Program-made: the position numbers and the translations under genes
NCBI GenBank assembly: GCA_044338255.1
Contig: JBIILZ010000003.1
Coordinates: 757-64,756, forward strand
Length of the DNA: 64,000 nucleotides
DNA from: Planctomycetota bacterium
GTDB taxonomy: Bacteria; Planctomycetota; UBA11346
Direction: 5' to 3'
Part shown: positions 28,396 to 37,205 of the stretch, piece by piece
Layout of the letters: each line of letters opens with the position of its first letter
How positions within the stretch are numbered: position 1 is the first letter of the stretch
Notes under the pieces: model-generated
Seen by the model: only the letters and a program-made list of their open reading frames with translations
The model's database searches: none
What the model was told of the DNA's origin: nothing

Positions 28396-29683
28396 TCTAT
28401 CAACGCAGCGCTTAGCGATCATCGATGGCTTGCGCACGCCGTTCGTCAAGGCCGGCGGACAGGCGGCAGGTCTCGGTGCCGACGATCTGGGGGCGCTGGT
28501 GGCCCGTGAATTGATGGCGCGCTCGACGATCGCCGCTAAGGACCTCGACGAGGTCATCGTCGGCAATGTCGCTCAGCCGGCCGACGCCGCCAACATCGCG
28601 CGCATCATCGCCCTCAAGGCCGGTCTGCCGCAAGACCTCATCGCCAGCACCGTGCATCGCAACTGCGCCAGTGGCATGGAGGCGATCTCGGGCGCGGGCA
28701 TGCGCATCCGTTCCGACGAGGGGCGGATCCTGTTGTGCATCGGCGCCGAATCGATGTCGAACATCCCGCTGCTGTTCAATCGTAAAATGACGGCGCTGTT
28801 CACGCGTCTGATGAAGGCCAAGACTCTCGGCGAAAAGCTCAGTGCGTGGATGACCTTCCGGCCCTCGTTCCTCAATCCGATCATCGGCGTGCAGGTCGGC
28901 CTCACCGATCCGGTGGCGGGGGTCAACATGGGTCAGACCGCCGAGATCCTCGCCCGTGAATTCCACATCACCCGCGAGGCCCAGGACGCCTATGCCCTGG
29001 AAAGCCACCGCAAGACCATCGCCGCCGCTGCGCGCCTGCAGGAGGAGCTCATGGCTCTGCCACTGCCGCCGAAGTACACGGCGATGCTCACCGCCGACGA
29101 CGGACCGCGTGCGAACCTTGAGCTCGCCGGTCTGACCAAGCTCAAACCCTATTTCGATAAGGTCGCCGGCACCGTCACCGTCGGCAATGCCTGTCCGATC
29201 ACTGATGGCGCGGCGGCGGTAATCGTCATGGGCGAGACGCAGGCCCGTGAGCTGGGCCTCAAGCCGCTGGGCTATGTCCGCGATTGGGCCTACGCCGCCC
29301 TCGACGGAAAACGCATGGGGCTGGGGCCGGTCTATGCCACCGCCAAGCTCCTGACCAAGACCGGCCTGGACCTGAAGGCCTTCGATACCGTCGAGCTCAA
29401 CGAGGCCTTCGCTGCCCAGGTGCTGGCCTGCACCACGGCCTTCGCCTCGCAGGAGTTCGCACGTACCCACCTCGGTCGCGACCACGCCCTGGGTGAGATC
29501 GATCCGGCGCGTCTCAACGTCAATGGCGGGGCGATCGCGCTCGGCCATCCGGTGGGCGCCACCGGGGCGCGTCTGGTGCTCACCGGCCTGAAGGAATTGA
29601 AGCGGCGCGGCGGTGGCCGGTGCCTAGCGACCTTGTGTATCGGCGGCGGCCAGGGTGCAGCGTTTGCACTCGAGTCCGAGTAG
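28388..29683 (+). CDS. fadA: acetyl-CoA C-acyltransferase (thiolase)
   Basis: The active-site Cys is in [12 protein letters not shown]. The C-terminus reads [20 protein letters not shown]...[14 protein letters not shown]. The start overlaps the fadD stop by 8 nt. Confidence 0.92.
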   Translation: MADLSTQRLAIIDGLRTPFVKAGGQAAGLGADDLGALVARELMARSTIAAKDLDEVIVGNVAQPADAANIARIIALKAGLPQDLIASTVHRNCASGMEAISGAGMRIRSDEGRILLCIGAESMSNIPLLFNRKMTALFTRLMKAKTLGEKLSAWMTFRPSFLNPIIGVQVGLTDPVAGVNMGQTAEILAREFHITREAQDAYALESHRKTIAAAARLQEELMALPLPPKYTAMLTADDGPRANLELAGLTKLKPYFDKVAGTVTVGNACPITDGAAAVIVMGETQARELGLKPLGYVRDWAYAALDGKRMGLGPVYATAKLLTKTGLDLKAFDTVELNEAFAAQVLACTTAFASQEFARTHLGRDHALGEIDPARLNVNGGAIALGHPVGATGARLVLTGLKELKRRGGGRCLATLCIGGGQGAAFALESE

Positions 29684-29737
29684 ATGGATTGCATCCACAG
29701 CGACGGACGGGGGTAACCCGCCCAGAAGGAGTCGGCC

Positions 29738-31861
29738 ATGTCTGCCTTCACCGTGACCATTGTCGATGGCACTGCCCATCTCGTTTTCGATCTTCCCGGC
29801 GAGAAAGTGAACAAGTTCACGGCCGCGGTCATGGATGAACTCGATGGCCTCATTGCCGGCTTCGAACGCCGCGACGACCTTAAGCTTATCGTCATCAGTA
29901 GCGGCAAACCCGACATGTTCATCGCCGGTGCCGACATCACCGAGATCAAAGGCCTGACCACCGTCGAGAAAGCCCTGGCGAAAGCCCGTCGTGGCCAGGA
30001 TGTGTTCGAACGCCTGGCGAATCTCGCAATCACCAAGCACATCCCTATCGTAGCGGTGATCGATGGCCCGTGTCTGGGCGGGGGCATGGAACTGGCCCTG
30101 GCCTGCACCCATCGGGTGGTGACCGATGCCGAGAAGACCAAACTCGGTCTGCCGGAAGTCACCCTTGGCATCATTCCCGGATGGGGCGGCACGCAGCGCC
30201 TGCCCAGGCTGGTCGGCCTACCGATCGCCGTCGATATGATCCTCAGCGGACGTCAGGTGCCGGGGGCTAAGGCGATGAAGCTGGGTCTCGCCGATGCCTG
30301 CTTTGCGCGGGCATTTTTGGCTGATGACCTGCCGCGTTTCCTGAAGAAGCTGACGAGCTTCGTGCGTCGCCCGCTGCCGCGCGCAGTACGCCTGATGCAG
30401 GCCCCCGGGGTGCGCGGACTGATATTGCGCGCGGCGCACAAGGAGGTCATGCGCAAGACCCACGGCCTGATGCCGGCACCGCTGGGGGCGATCGAGGTCC
30501 TGCGCCGGACCACGCCGGGCATGCCCATGGCCAACGGTCTGGCGGTGGAGGCCGAGGTCTTCAGTCAGCTGGCGGTGACGTCTGCCTGCCACAATCTCGT
30601 TGATGCCTTCTTCGCCAATGAGGACGTCAAAAAGTCCGCCGGCCGCCCGGCGCATCCGGTGACCAACGCCGGGGTCCTGGGGGCCGGCATCATGGGGGGC
30701 GGTATCGCTTGGGCCTTCGCCGCCGCCGGCATTCCAGTGCGCATGAAGGACCTGCAATGGGAGGCCGTGGCCAAGGGCCTGCAGCAGGCGGCGACCTATG
30801 ACGCGGCGTTGATGAAACTCCGCAAGCTGACTCCTGGCGAGCATTCCCTGCGCATGCACCGCATCGCCGGCACCCTCGATTTCACCGCCTTTGAACGCCT
30901 CGACCTGGTCGTGGAGGCGGTGGTCGAGGATCTCGCGATCAAGCGCACGGTGTTGGCCGGCTGCGAGAAATTCGTCCGCCCTGACTGCATCCTCGCGACC
31001 AATACCAGCTCCTTGTCGGTCGCCGACATGGCGGCGGCCCTGACCCACCCCGAACGCTTGGTGGGCATGCATTTCTTCAATCCGGTCAATCGCATGCCTC
31101 TGGTTGAGATCATCGCCGGGCCGGCTTCGTCACCGGAAGCGGTGCAGCTGGCGGCGGCCACCGCCCGGGCCCTGGGCAAGACCGTGGTCGTGGTCCGCGA
31201 TTGCCCGGGCTTCCTGGTGAACCGGATCCTGCTGCCCTATCTCAATGAAGCCGCGCGCACCGTCGAAGACGGCGCCGGCATTGAGCAGGTCGAGCGCGTC
31301 ATCAACCATTTCGGCATGCCCATGGGGCCCTTCACTCTCACCGATGAAGTCGGGATCGATGTCGGCTTCAAGGTCGCGAAAGTCCTGCACCACGGCTATG
31401 GCGAGCGCCACGCGGTCGCCGATCTGTTGCGTTGCCTGCATGAGGACCTGCATCTGAAAGGCACCAAGGGCGGACGCGGCTTCTTCCTCCATGCTGGGCG
31501 CCAGGCTCTGCCCAATCCGGAGATCGAGCAGGCCGTGCGCAGCGTGCAGTCGGCGCAGAAGCGCACGCCGCACGCCCTCAGCGACGGTGAGGTCCTCGAC
31601 CGCTGTCTGCTGACCATGATCAACGAATCGGCGCGCTGCCTCGAGGAGGGCGTGGTCGCCAAGGCCGCCCATCTCGATCTGGCGATGCTCATGGGTACCG
31701 GCTTCCCGCCGAGCCGCGGCGGGCCCTTGCACTACGCGCAGAGCCTGGGTCTGAAGACGGTGGTCGAGCGCCTCAAACACCTCGCCGATACCCACGGCCC
31801 ACGCTTCACGCCGGCAGCCCTGCTGGTCGAGCGGGCGGGCAGCGGGGTGGCCTTGGTGTGA
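29738..31861 (+). CDS. fadB: fatty-acid oxidation complex alpha subunit (enoyl-CoA hydratase / 3-hydroxyacyl-CoA dehydrogenase)
   Basis: 707 aa. The N-terminal crotonase fold is FIAGADITE...[10 protein letters not shown]. The central NAD-binding loop is [13 protein letters not shown]. Confidence 0.92.
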   Translation: MSAFTVTIVDGTAHLVFDLPGEKVNKFTAAVMDELDGLIAGFERRDDLKLIVISSGKPDMFIAGADITEIKGLTTVEKALAKARRGQDVFERLANLAITKHIPIVAVIDGPCLGGGMELALACTHRVVTDAEKTKLGLPEVTLGIIPGWGGTQRLPRLVGLPIAVDMILSGRQVPGAKAMKLGLADACFARAFLADDLPRFLKKLTSFVRRPLPRAVRLMQAPGVRGLILRAAHKEVMRKTHGLMPAPLGAIEVLRRTTPGMPMANGLAVEAEVFSQLAVTSACHNLVDAFFANEDVKKSAGRPAHPVTNAGVLGAGIMGGGIAWAFAAAGIPVRMKDLQWEAVAKGLQQAATYDAALMKLRKLTPGEHSLRMHRIAGTLDFTAFERLDLVVEAVVEDLAIKRTVLAGCEKFVRPDCILATNTSSLSVADMAAALTHPERLVGMHFFNPVNRMPLVEIIAGPASSPEAVQLAAATARALGKTVVVVRDCPGFLVNRILLPYLNEAARTVEDGAGIEQVERVINHFGMPMGPFTLTDEVGIDVGFKVAKVLHHGYGERHAVADLLRCLHEDLHLKGTKGGRGFFLHAGRQALPNPEIEQAVRSVQSAQKRTPHALSDGEVLDRCLLTMINESARCLEEGVVAKAAHLDLAMLMGTGFPPSRGGPLHYAQSLGLKTVVERLKHLADTHGPRFTPAALLVERAGSGVALV

Positions 31862-31862
31862 G

Positions 31863-31905
31863 CTTCAATGTCAGTGGAATTGGTGATATTCCACTGGCAT
31901 TGAAG
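31863..31905. promoter_or_regulatory. 18-bp inverted repeat (candidate operator or stem-loop) between fadB and the acyl-CoA dehydrogenase gene
   Basis: CTTCAATGTCAGTGGAAT-N7-ATTCCACTGGCATTGAAG has one mismatch. It starts 2 nt after the fadB stop, is AT-richer than its surroundings, and has no T-run. Confidence 0.3.
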
Positions 31906-32018
31906 ACCCTTCCGAGGTATCGTTAAGGCGTGAAGCAGACGTGATCAGCGTGACTTAAAACTGAATCTTTAGTGGCTCATTAGCAGCTTTTTTTGCGGAC
32001 CTCAGCGGAGAATCAGCC

Positions 32019-33935
32019 ATGGCTACCGACCTCGATCCCAACCACCACTCGACCGATCGCAATGCCGATGCCGTACCGGTCATCGATCTTTCGAAGATGA
32101 GCATCGACAAGCGTGCGGCGATGGAGGTCGCCGAATCGGCGCGCGAGGTCCAATGGACCGAGCCGAGCTTCGCCCAGCAGTTGTTCATGGGCACCTTCAA
32201 TCGCACCCTGGTCGATACCTTCCCGCGGCAGAGCCCCGAAGACGCCGCCATCGGCGATGCCTTCTGCGCGGAGCTGTCGACGTATCTGACCGCCAACCTC
32301 GACGCCGAGGAGGTCGACCAGTCGCGGACCATTCCCACCAAGGTCATCAGCGATCTCTTCGCCATGGGCGTGTTCGCCATGAAGGTGCCCAAGGAATACG
32401 GCGGCCTTGGCTTCACCCAGGTTAATTACAACCGTGCCATGATGCTGCTCGCCAGCCATTGCGCCTCGACGGCGGTGCTGGTCAGCGCCCATCAATCGAT
32501 CGGCGTGCCGCAGCCGTTGAAGCTGTTCGGCACCGAGGCACAGAAGAATAAATATTTCCCGCGCTTCCGCAGCGGCACGATCAGCGCCTTTGCCCTCACC
32601 GAGCCCAGCGTCGGCTCCGATCCCTCGAAGATGGCCACCGAGGCGGTGCTCACCGCCGATGGCACGCATTACATCATCAACGGTGAAAAGCTCTGGTGTA
32701 CCAATGGTCCGATCGCCGGGCTGATGGTGGTGATGTGCAAGACCGCTCCGAAGATCGTCAATGGCGTCGAGCGGGCGCAGATCACAGCGATGATCGTCGA
32801 GGGCGACAGCCCGGGCATCGAGGTCGTGCATCGCTGCGACTTCATGGGTATCCGCGCCATCCAGAACGGCCTGATCCGCTTCCATGACGTGAAAGTGCCG
32901 GCCGAGAATGTCCTGTGGGCTCCGGGCAAGGGCCTGAAGCTGGCGCTGACCACATTGAATACCGGCCGCCTGACCCTGCCCGCCGCCTGCACTGGGGTCG
33001 CCAAGCAGTGCCTGCGCATCGGCCGCGAATGGGGTAGTGAACGGCAGCAGTGGGGCCTGCCCATCGGCACCCATGAGGCCGGCCGCGAAAAACTCGCCTT
33101 CATCGCCAGCCACACCCTGGCCATGGAGGCGGTGACGTGGTTGACCAGCCACTGGGCAGATGATCACGGCAAGGACATCCGCCTGGAAGCGGCGATGTCC
33201 AAACTGTTCTGCAGCGAGGTCGGCTGGCAGGTGGTCGACGTGACCCTGCAGCTGCGCGGTGGACGCGGTTACGAGAAGGGCAGCAGCCTAAAGGCTCGCG
33301 GTGAAAAGTGCTATCCGGTGGAGCGCATGCTGCGCGATATGCGCATCAACCGCATCATCGAAGGTACCACCGACATCATGCACCTCTTCCTGGCGCGTGA
33401 GGCCATGGATCCGCATCTCAAGCTCGCCGCCGATATCATCGCCAAGCATACGCCGGTGGGCACCAAGATCAGCGCCGGGGCTAAGCTCGCCGGCTTCTAC
33501 ACCGGCTGGTATGCCAAGCAGTGGTTCAATGCCAGCCTCTGGGAACGCCACGACGACATGGGCATCCTCAGCGGCCATTACCACTACCTGCAGGCGACTG
33601 CGCATCGCCTGGCGCGCTCGATCTTCCATGCCATGGGCCTCTACCAAGAGAAGCTCGAACGGAAGCAGGTGCTGCTCGCGCACCTCATGAACATCGGCAC
33701 CGAATTGTTCGCCATGGCCGCGACCTGCAGCTATGCCATCCACGTTGCCGGTGAACGGCATGACAACTCGCCGATGACCTTGGCCGATCAGTTCTGCCGC
33801 GAGGCAACCAAGCGCATCGAGAACCACTTCCGCGAAATTGGCAGCGGTGATGGGCGTCTGATGAATCAGGTCGGCAAGGGGGTCCTCGCCGGTGAATTCG
33901 CCTGGCTCGAAACCGGCGTGCAGGACCCTGGCTGA
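32019..33935 (+). CDS. acyl-CoA dehydrogenase (long form with C-terminal helical extension)
   Basis: 638 aa. ACAD core elements are FALTEPSVGSDPS and TLQLRGGRGYE...RDMRINRIIEGTTDIM. Confidence 0.9.
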   Translation: MATDLDPNHHSTDRNADAVPVIDLSKMSIDKRAAMEVAESAREVQWTEPSFAQQLFMGTFNRTLVDTFPRQSPEDAAIGDAFCAELSTYLTANLDAEEVDQSRTIPTKVISDLFAMGVFAMKVPKEYGGLGFTQVNYNRAMMLLASHCASTAVLVSAHQSIGVPQPLKLFGTEAQKNKYFPRFRSGTISAFALTEPSVGSDPSKMATEAVLTADGTHYIINGEKLWCTNGPIAGLMVVMCKTAPKIVNGVERAQITAMIVEGDSPGIEVVHRCDFMGIRAIQNGLIRFHDVKVPAENVLWAPGKGLKLALTTLNTGRLTLPAACTGVAKQCLRIGREWGSERQQWGLPIGTHEAGREKLAFIASHTLAMEAVTWLTSHWADDHGKDIRLEAAMSKLFCSEVGWQVVDVTLQLRGGRGYEKGSSLKARGEKCYPVERMLRDMRINRIIEGTTDIMHLFLAREAMDPHLKLAADIIAKHTPVGTKISAGAKLAGFYTGWYAKQWFNASLWERHDDMGILSGHYHYLQATAHRLARSIFHAMGLYQEKLERKQVLLAHLMNIGTELFAMAATCSYAIHVAGERHDNSPMTLADQFCREATKRIENHFREIGSGDGRLMNQVGKGVLAGEFAWLETGVQDPG

Positions 33936-33955
33936 GGTCTCGCCACACGACCTGG

Positions 33956-36229
33956 ATGGTGGATCAGGCAACTGTCGATGAGGGGGTATCCATGACCGAG
34001 CTTGAATCGCGCCCTGTGCCCGCCGGCGAGCGCGGGGTCCTGCATAGCGATCCGCTGCACACCGGCGCACACTATGTGCGCCGGGCCACCGGCATCTCCT
34101 TGTCACTGATCGAGAAGCTAATTTCCAGCCACATCCGCGTCGAGGGTGCCGACCGGGTTCCGGAGGTGGGTCCGATACTGTTTCTCTGCAACCATTTCAC
34201 GCGTTTCGAGACTTTCATCCTGCCGTGGCTGCTGGATCGCCACACCAAGCGCTTCGTCCACAATCTCGCGCATCATTCCCTGTTCCACGGGCGCTTCGGC
34301 GATTACATGCGCGCCATCGGCGCACGCTCGATCAAGGAGGCGGGGATAAAGGATTCGATCATCGGCGATCTGATTACCGGTCATCTCGACTGGATCATCT
34401 ATCCCGAAGGATCGATGATCAAAGACAAGCATGTCTGGCACGACAACCGGTTCCAACTCGACGCCCCCGATCGCCATGGACCGCCGCATACCGGCTCAGC
34501 TTTGATGGCCCTGCAGGCGGCGCTGGTCCGTCAGCAGTATCTCGATGCCTGGCGCAAACAGGACAGCGTCACGCTCGATGATCTCGAAGAACGCTGGAAA
34601 TTCACCGGTGCCAATCTGCCGCGCTCGCCTCTGCGCATCGTACCCATTACCATCACCTATTATCCCATCCGCCCGGGCGACAATGTCATGGGCCGGCTGG
34701 CGCGGCGCTTCCTCAAGAGCGTGCCGACGCAGCTCGAGGAAGAGCTCTCTATCGAGGGCAACCTGCTCCTCGGCGACACCGACATCAGCGTCTATTTCGG
34801 CAAGCCGATCGAGGTCCAACCGTGGATCGCCTCGGTGCATGCGGCCCAGGGCACGCCCGGGGCGGATGCGGCCCTGGTGACGGCCAAGGATGGCTTGACC
34901 AACCACGTGATGGGCGACATCTACCGCAATGTCACGGTGCACCTCGATCATCTGTTTGCGTCCTGCCTGCGCTATGCCACGCATGAGCGCATCCGCTGTG
35001 ATGATTTCCATCGCGCGATGTACCTCGCGGCGCGCACGCTGCAGGCCGGTGGTCGGCGCCGGGCGCATCGCAGCATCGGCGAGAGCCTGCTGTCGCTGGT
35101 CAGCGGTGCGCCCTCGAAGGCGCTCGAGAGCGTGCGCGCCCTGGCCATGCGTGAAGGACTGCTCACGCTCGACGATGGCTGGTACGTCATCAATCGTCGG
35201 GCGGTAGATGCCGCTCATCAATTCCATGATGTGCGGGTCAAGAATACCCTGGCAGTGATCGCCAATGAATTGGAACCGTTGCGCGAAGCGGTAAAAGCTG
35301 TGCGCGAAGCCATCTCTCTGCCCCGCGCGCGGCTGCATGAACGCGTTGCAACGCTGCTGCATCAGGAGGATCTCGGCGAATTCCAGCGCGACTATTCCCA
35401 GGCCCAGGCGCAGCGGCCAGGGTCTACAGCCGCGACCACGATGCTCCCGGCCGAGATTGGTCGCCCATTCCGTCTGAGTCCCCCGGATGTCGATGCGCGC
35501 CAGCCTTTCGGCGTGGTCCTCTGTCACGGCTATCTCGCGGCACCGGCGGAAATCCGCGAGCTCGCCGAGCACCTGGTCGCCGCCGGCCACCACGTCTATG
35601 GCGCGCGTTTGTCCGGCCATGGTACGGATCCTTCGCAGCTGGCCTTGACCAAGCGCGATGATTGGCGTTTCTCGTTGGAGCGCGCCATCGCCGCCATGCG
35701 CTCGGCCTGTGATCAGGTGGTGGTGGTCGGTTTCTCGACCGGCGGTCTGCTGGCCATCGATGCCGCCGCACGGCTGCCGGGCATCGTCGGGGTGGTGGCG
35801 ATCAATGCGCCATTGCATCTGCGGGATCGCGCCAGTCACCTGGCGCCAGTGGTCAATGTCTGGAATGGCGTCGCCCACGCCCTGCATCTTGATCGCTTGG
35901 CGTGGACCGAGGTCGCCAGCGAGCCGGAATGGCCGGACGTCAACTACAGCCGCAACCCGGTCTCCGGCCTCCATGAGTTGGAGCGCTTGATGTCGGACAT
36001 CCGTCTGCTCGCCCCGCAGGTCTGGGCACCGACTCTCGTGGTGCAGGCCGATGATGATCCGGTGGTCGTACCGGCGAGCGCTGAGGAGCTCTATGGCCTG
36101 TTGGGCAGCGCCGAGAAATCTGTTCAGCGGCTGAAGTTGAATCATCACGTCATCGTCCGCGGCGAAGGCAGCCAGCAGGTGGCGCGGATGATCTCCGACT
36201 TCCTCGCAGGATTGGCCCGCCATTGGTAG
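33956..36229 (+). CDS. fusion protein: lysophospholipid acyltransferase (PlsC-like) domain + alpha/beta-hydrolase (lipase/esterase) domain
   Basis: The N-terminal domain has LFLCNHFTRFE (H-x4-acidic) and IYPEGSM (the FPEG-type motif). The C-terminal domain has VVLCHGY, the nucleophile elbow GFSTGG, DDDPVV and LNHHV, a Ser/Asp/His set. An alternative start lies at 33992. Confidence 0.7.
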   Translation: MVDQATVDEGVSMTELESRPVPAGERGVLHSDPLHTGAHYVRRATGISLSLIEKLISSHIRVEGADRVPEVGPILFLCNHFTRFETFILPWLLDRHTKRFVHNLAHHSLFHGRFGDYMRAIGARSIKEAGIKDSIIGDLITGHLDWIIYPEGSMIKDKHVWHDNRFQLDAPDRHGPPHTGSALMALQAALVRQQYLDAWRKQDSVTLDDLEERWKFTGANLPRSPLRIVPITITYYPIRPGDNVMGRLARRFLKSVPTQLEEELSIEGNLLLGDTDISVYFGKPIEVQPWIASVHAAQGTPGADAALVTAKDGLTNHVMGDIYRNVTVHLDHLFASCLRYATHERIRCDDFHRAMYLAARTLQAGGRRRAHRSIGESLLSLVSGAPSKALESVRALAMREGLLTLDDGWYVINRRAVDAAHQFHDVRVKNTLAVIANELEPLREAVKAVREAISLPRARLHERVATLLHQEDLGEFQRDYSQAQAQRPGSTAATTMLPAEIGRPFRLSPPDVDARQPFGVVLCHGYLAAPAEIRELAEHLVAAGHHVYGARLSGHGTDPSQLALTKRDDWRFSLERAIAAMRSACDQVVVVGFSTGGLLAIDAAARLPGIVGVVAINAPLHLRDRASHLAPVVNVWNGVAHALHLDRLAWTEVASEPEWPDVNYSRNPVSGLHELERLMSDIRLLAPQVWAPTLVVQADDDPVVVPASAEELYGLLGSAEKSVQRLKLNHHVIVRGEGSQQVARMISDFLAGLARHW

Positions 36230-36245
36230 CGTGTAGGCTAAGGCC

Positions 36246-36653
36246 ATGTTCCTCTACCCCATGACGGTCCTTCTCAACCACACGGACTGCTATGGCATCA
36301 TCTTTTTCGCCAATCAGCCGATCTTCTGCCATGCCGCCTTTCAGGCCTGGCTCGAACATGTCGGCATGCCGCTGGCCCCGGACCGCAGCACGGCCAACGA
36401 GCTGATGGTGATCGTGCGTTGCGAAAGCGACTACCAGGCGCCGGTGCGTCTTGGTGATCGTCTGACCATCGCCTATCGGGTAGAGCGCATCGGCACGACC
36501 TCGGTGACCAACCGCTTCCTCATCACCAATCAGCACGGCGTGCAGGTGGGTGATGTGCGTACCGTCCACGTGCAGATCGATGCCCGCACCAGCGCCAAGA
36601 TTCCGCTGACCTCCGCCTGGCGCACGGCTCTGACCTCGAATCTCGGAGAATAA
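36246..36653 (+). CDS. hotdog-fold acyl-CoA thioesterase (YbgC/4HBT-like)
   Basis: 135 aa. VLLNHTDCYGIIFFANQPIFCHAAFQAWLEHVG is the N-terminal catalytic-region pattern of 4HBT thioesterases. Confidence 0.75.
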   Translation: MFLYPMTVLLNHTDCYGIIFFANQPIFCHAAFQAWLEHVGMPLAPDRSTANELMVIVRCESDYQAPVRLGDRLTIAYRVERIGTTSVTNRFLITNQHGVQVGDVRTVHVQIDARTSAKIPLTSAWRTALTSNLGE

Positions 36654-36839
36654 ACGCCGTGCGCAGGTGGTGCCTCAATTTTTTATCGGAAAAAACCTAG
36701 AAATCAGCGCTATCATGATTTGCGCAGCAGTCCTGGAAGGGGGCTGCCGAATCACTGCGATGTACAAACATAGGCCTCGTTGCGCAGGGAAGTTGGCGCT
36801 GGACGAAGCTGGTGCTCTCAACATACTACTCCCCCTCAT

Positions 36840-36917
36840 CGGGGCGTAGCTCAGCTTGGCTAGAGCGTCTGGTTTGGGACCAGAAGGTCGCAGGTTCGAA
36901 TCCTGTCGCCCCGACCA
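36840..36917 (+). tRNA. tRNA-Pro (anticodon UGG), CCA encoded
   Basis: Hand fold: CGGGGCG TA GCTC AGCTTGGCTA GAGC G TCTGG TTTGGGA CCAGA AGGTC GCAGG TTCGAAT CCTGT CGCCCCG A CCA. Confidence 0.97.
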
Positions 36918-36920
36918 ATA

Positions 36921-36950
36921 AAAAGACCTGCCTCGCGGCAGGTTTTTTTA
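36921..36950 (+). terminator. rho-independent terminator of tRNA-Pro
   Basis: ACCTGCC-TCGC-GGCAGGT is followed by a T7 run. The palindrome extends outward to 36911-36958 and includes the tRNA acceptor end. Confidence 0.8.
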
Positions 36951-37014
36951 TTGGTCGGGTTGGCTGTCCAGACTTCAAACTGGCGGCACAGCCGCCCCGA
37001 CCGCCGAGCCCTGG

Positions 37015-37116
37015 TTTTGCGGATACAATGGGCGTAGCCCATCCGCAAAACATCCTGGCTGCTTGCAGCCAGGATGAAGGGCGACAAAGGTCGCCGGGGT
37101 TCGGGGGCAAAGCCCC
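37015..37116. other. block of four consecutive stable hairpins (possible structured RNA, strand unknown)
   Basis: The four hairpins are: 37015-37050, TTTTGCGGA...TCCGCAAAA with an inner TGGGC-GTA-GCCCA; 37051-37076, an 11-bp stem with a CTTG loop; 37080-37095, GGCGAC-AAAG-GTCGCC; and 37104-37116, GGGGC-AAA-GCCCC. There is no credible ORF. Confidence 0.4.
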
Positions 37117-37127
37117 TGAAACAAATA

Positions 37128-37156
37128 GTCGGGGCGACAGGATTCGAACCTGCGAC
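37128..37156 (-). other. inverted 29-nt copy of the T-arm and 3' acceptor strand of tRNA-Pro (tRNA remnant)
   Basis: The minus strand reads GTCGCAGGTTCGAATCCTGTCGCCCCGAC, identical to 36887-36915 of the intact tRNA-Pro. No matching 5' acceptor strand or anticodon arm can be folded upstream. 12 nt GGGACCAGAAGG (37168-37179) copy the anticodon-stem/variable region in the direct orientation. Confidence 0.7.
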
Positions 37157-37205
37157 GTCTCCCCACCGGGACCAGAAGGCGAGGATGAGCAAAGCCGCTT
37201 CGGCT

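Noticed and set aside
34496-36247. Very long antisense ORFs. Examples are 583 aa at 34496..36247 (-), 379 aa at 27427..28566 (-), 578 aa at 4205..5941 (+), 418 aa at 13310..14566 (-) and 340 aa at 50107..51129 (-).
   Set aside because: They lie opposite genes with unmistakable family motifs. They are Arg/Gly/Ala/Pro-rich with no recognisable domains. This is the expected stop-codon-poor shadow frame of GC-rich coding DNA.
36993-37002. A 10-nt direct match (CGCCCCGACC) to the tRNA-Pro 3' end, considered as a candidate attR marking a tiny integrated element.
   Set aside because: It is too short and too GC-rich to be significant in this genome. It would delimit only about 80 bp with no cargo.
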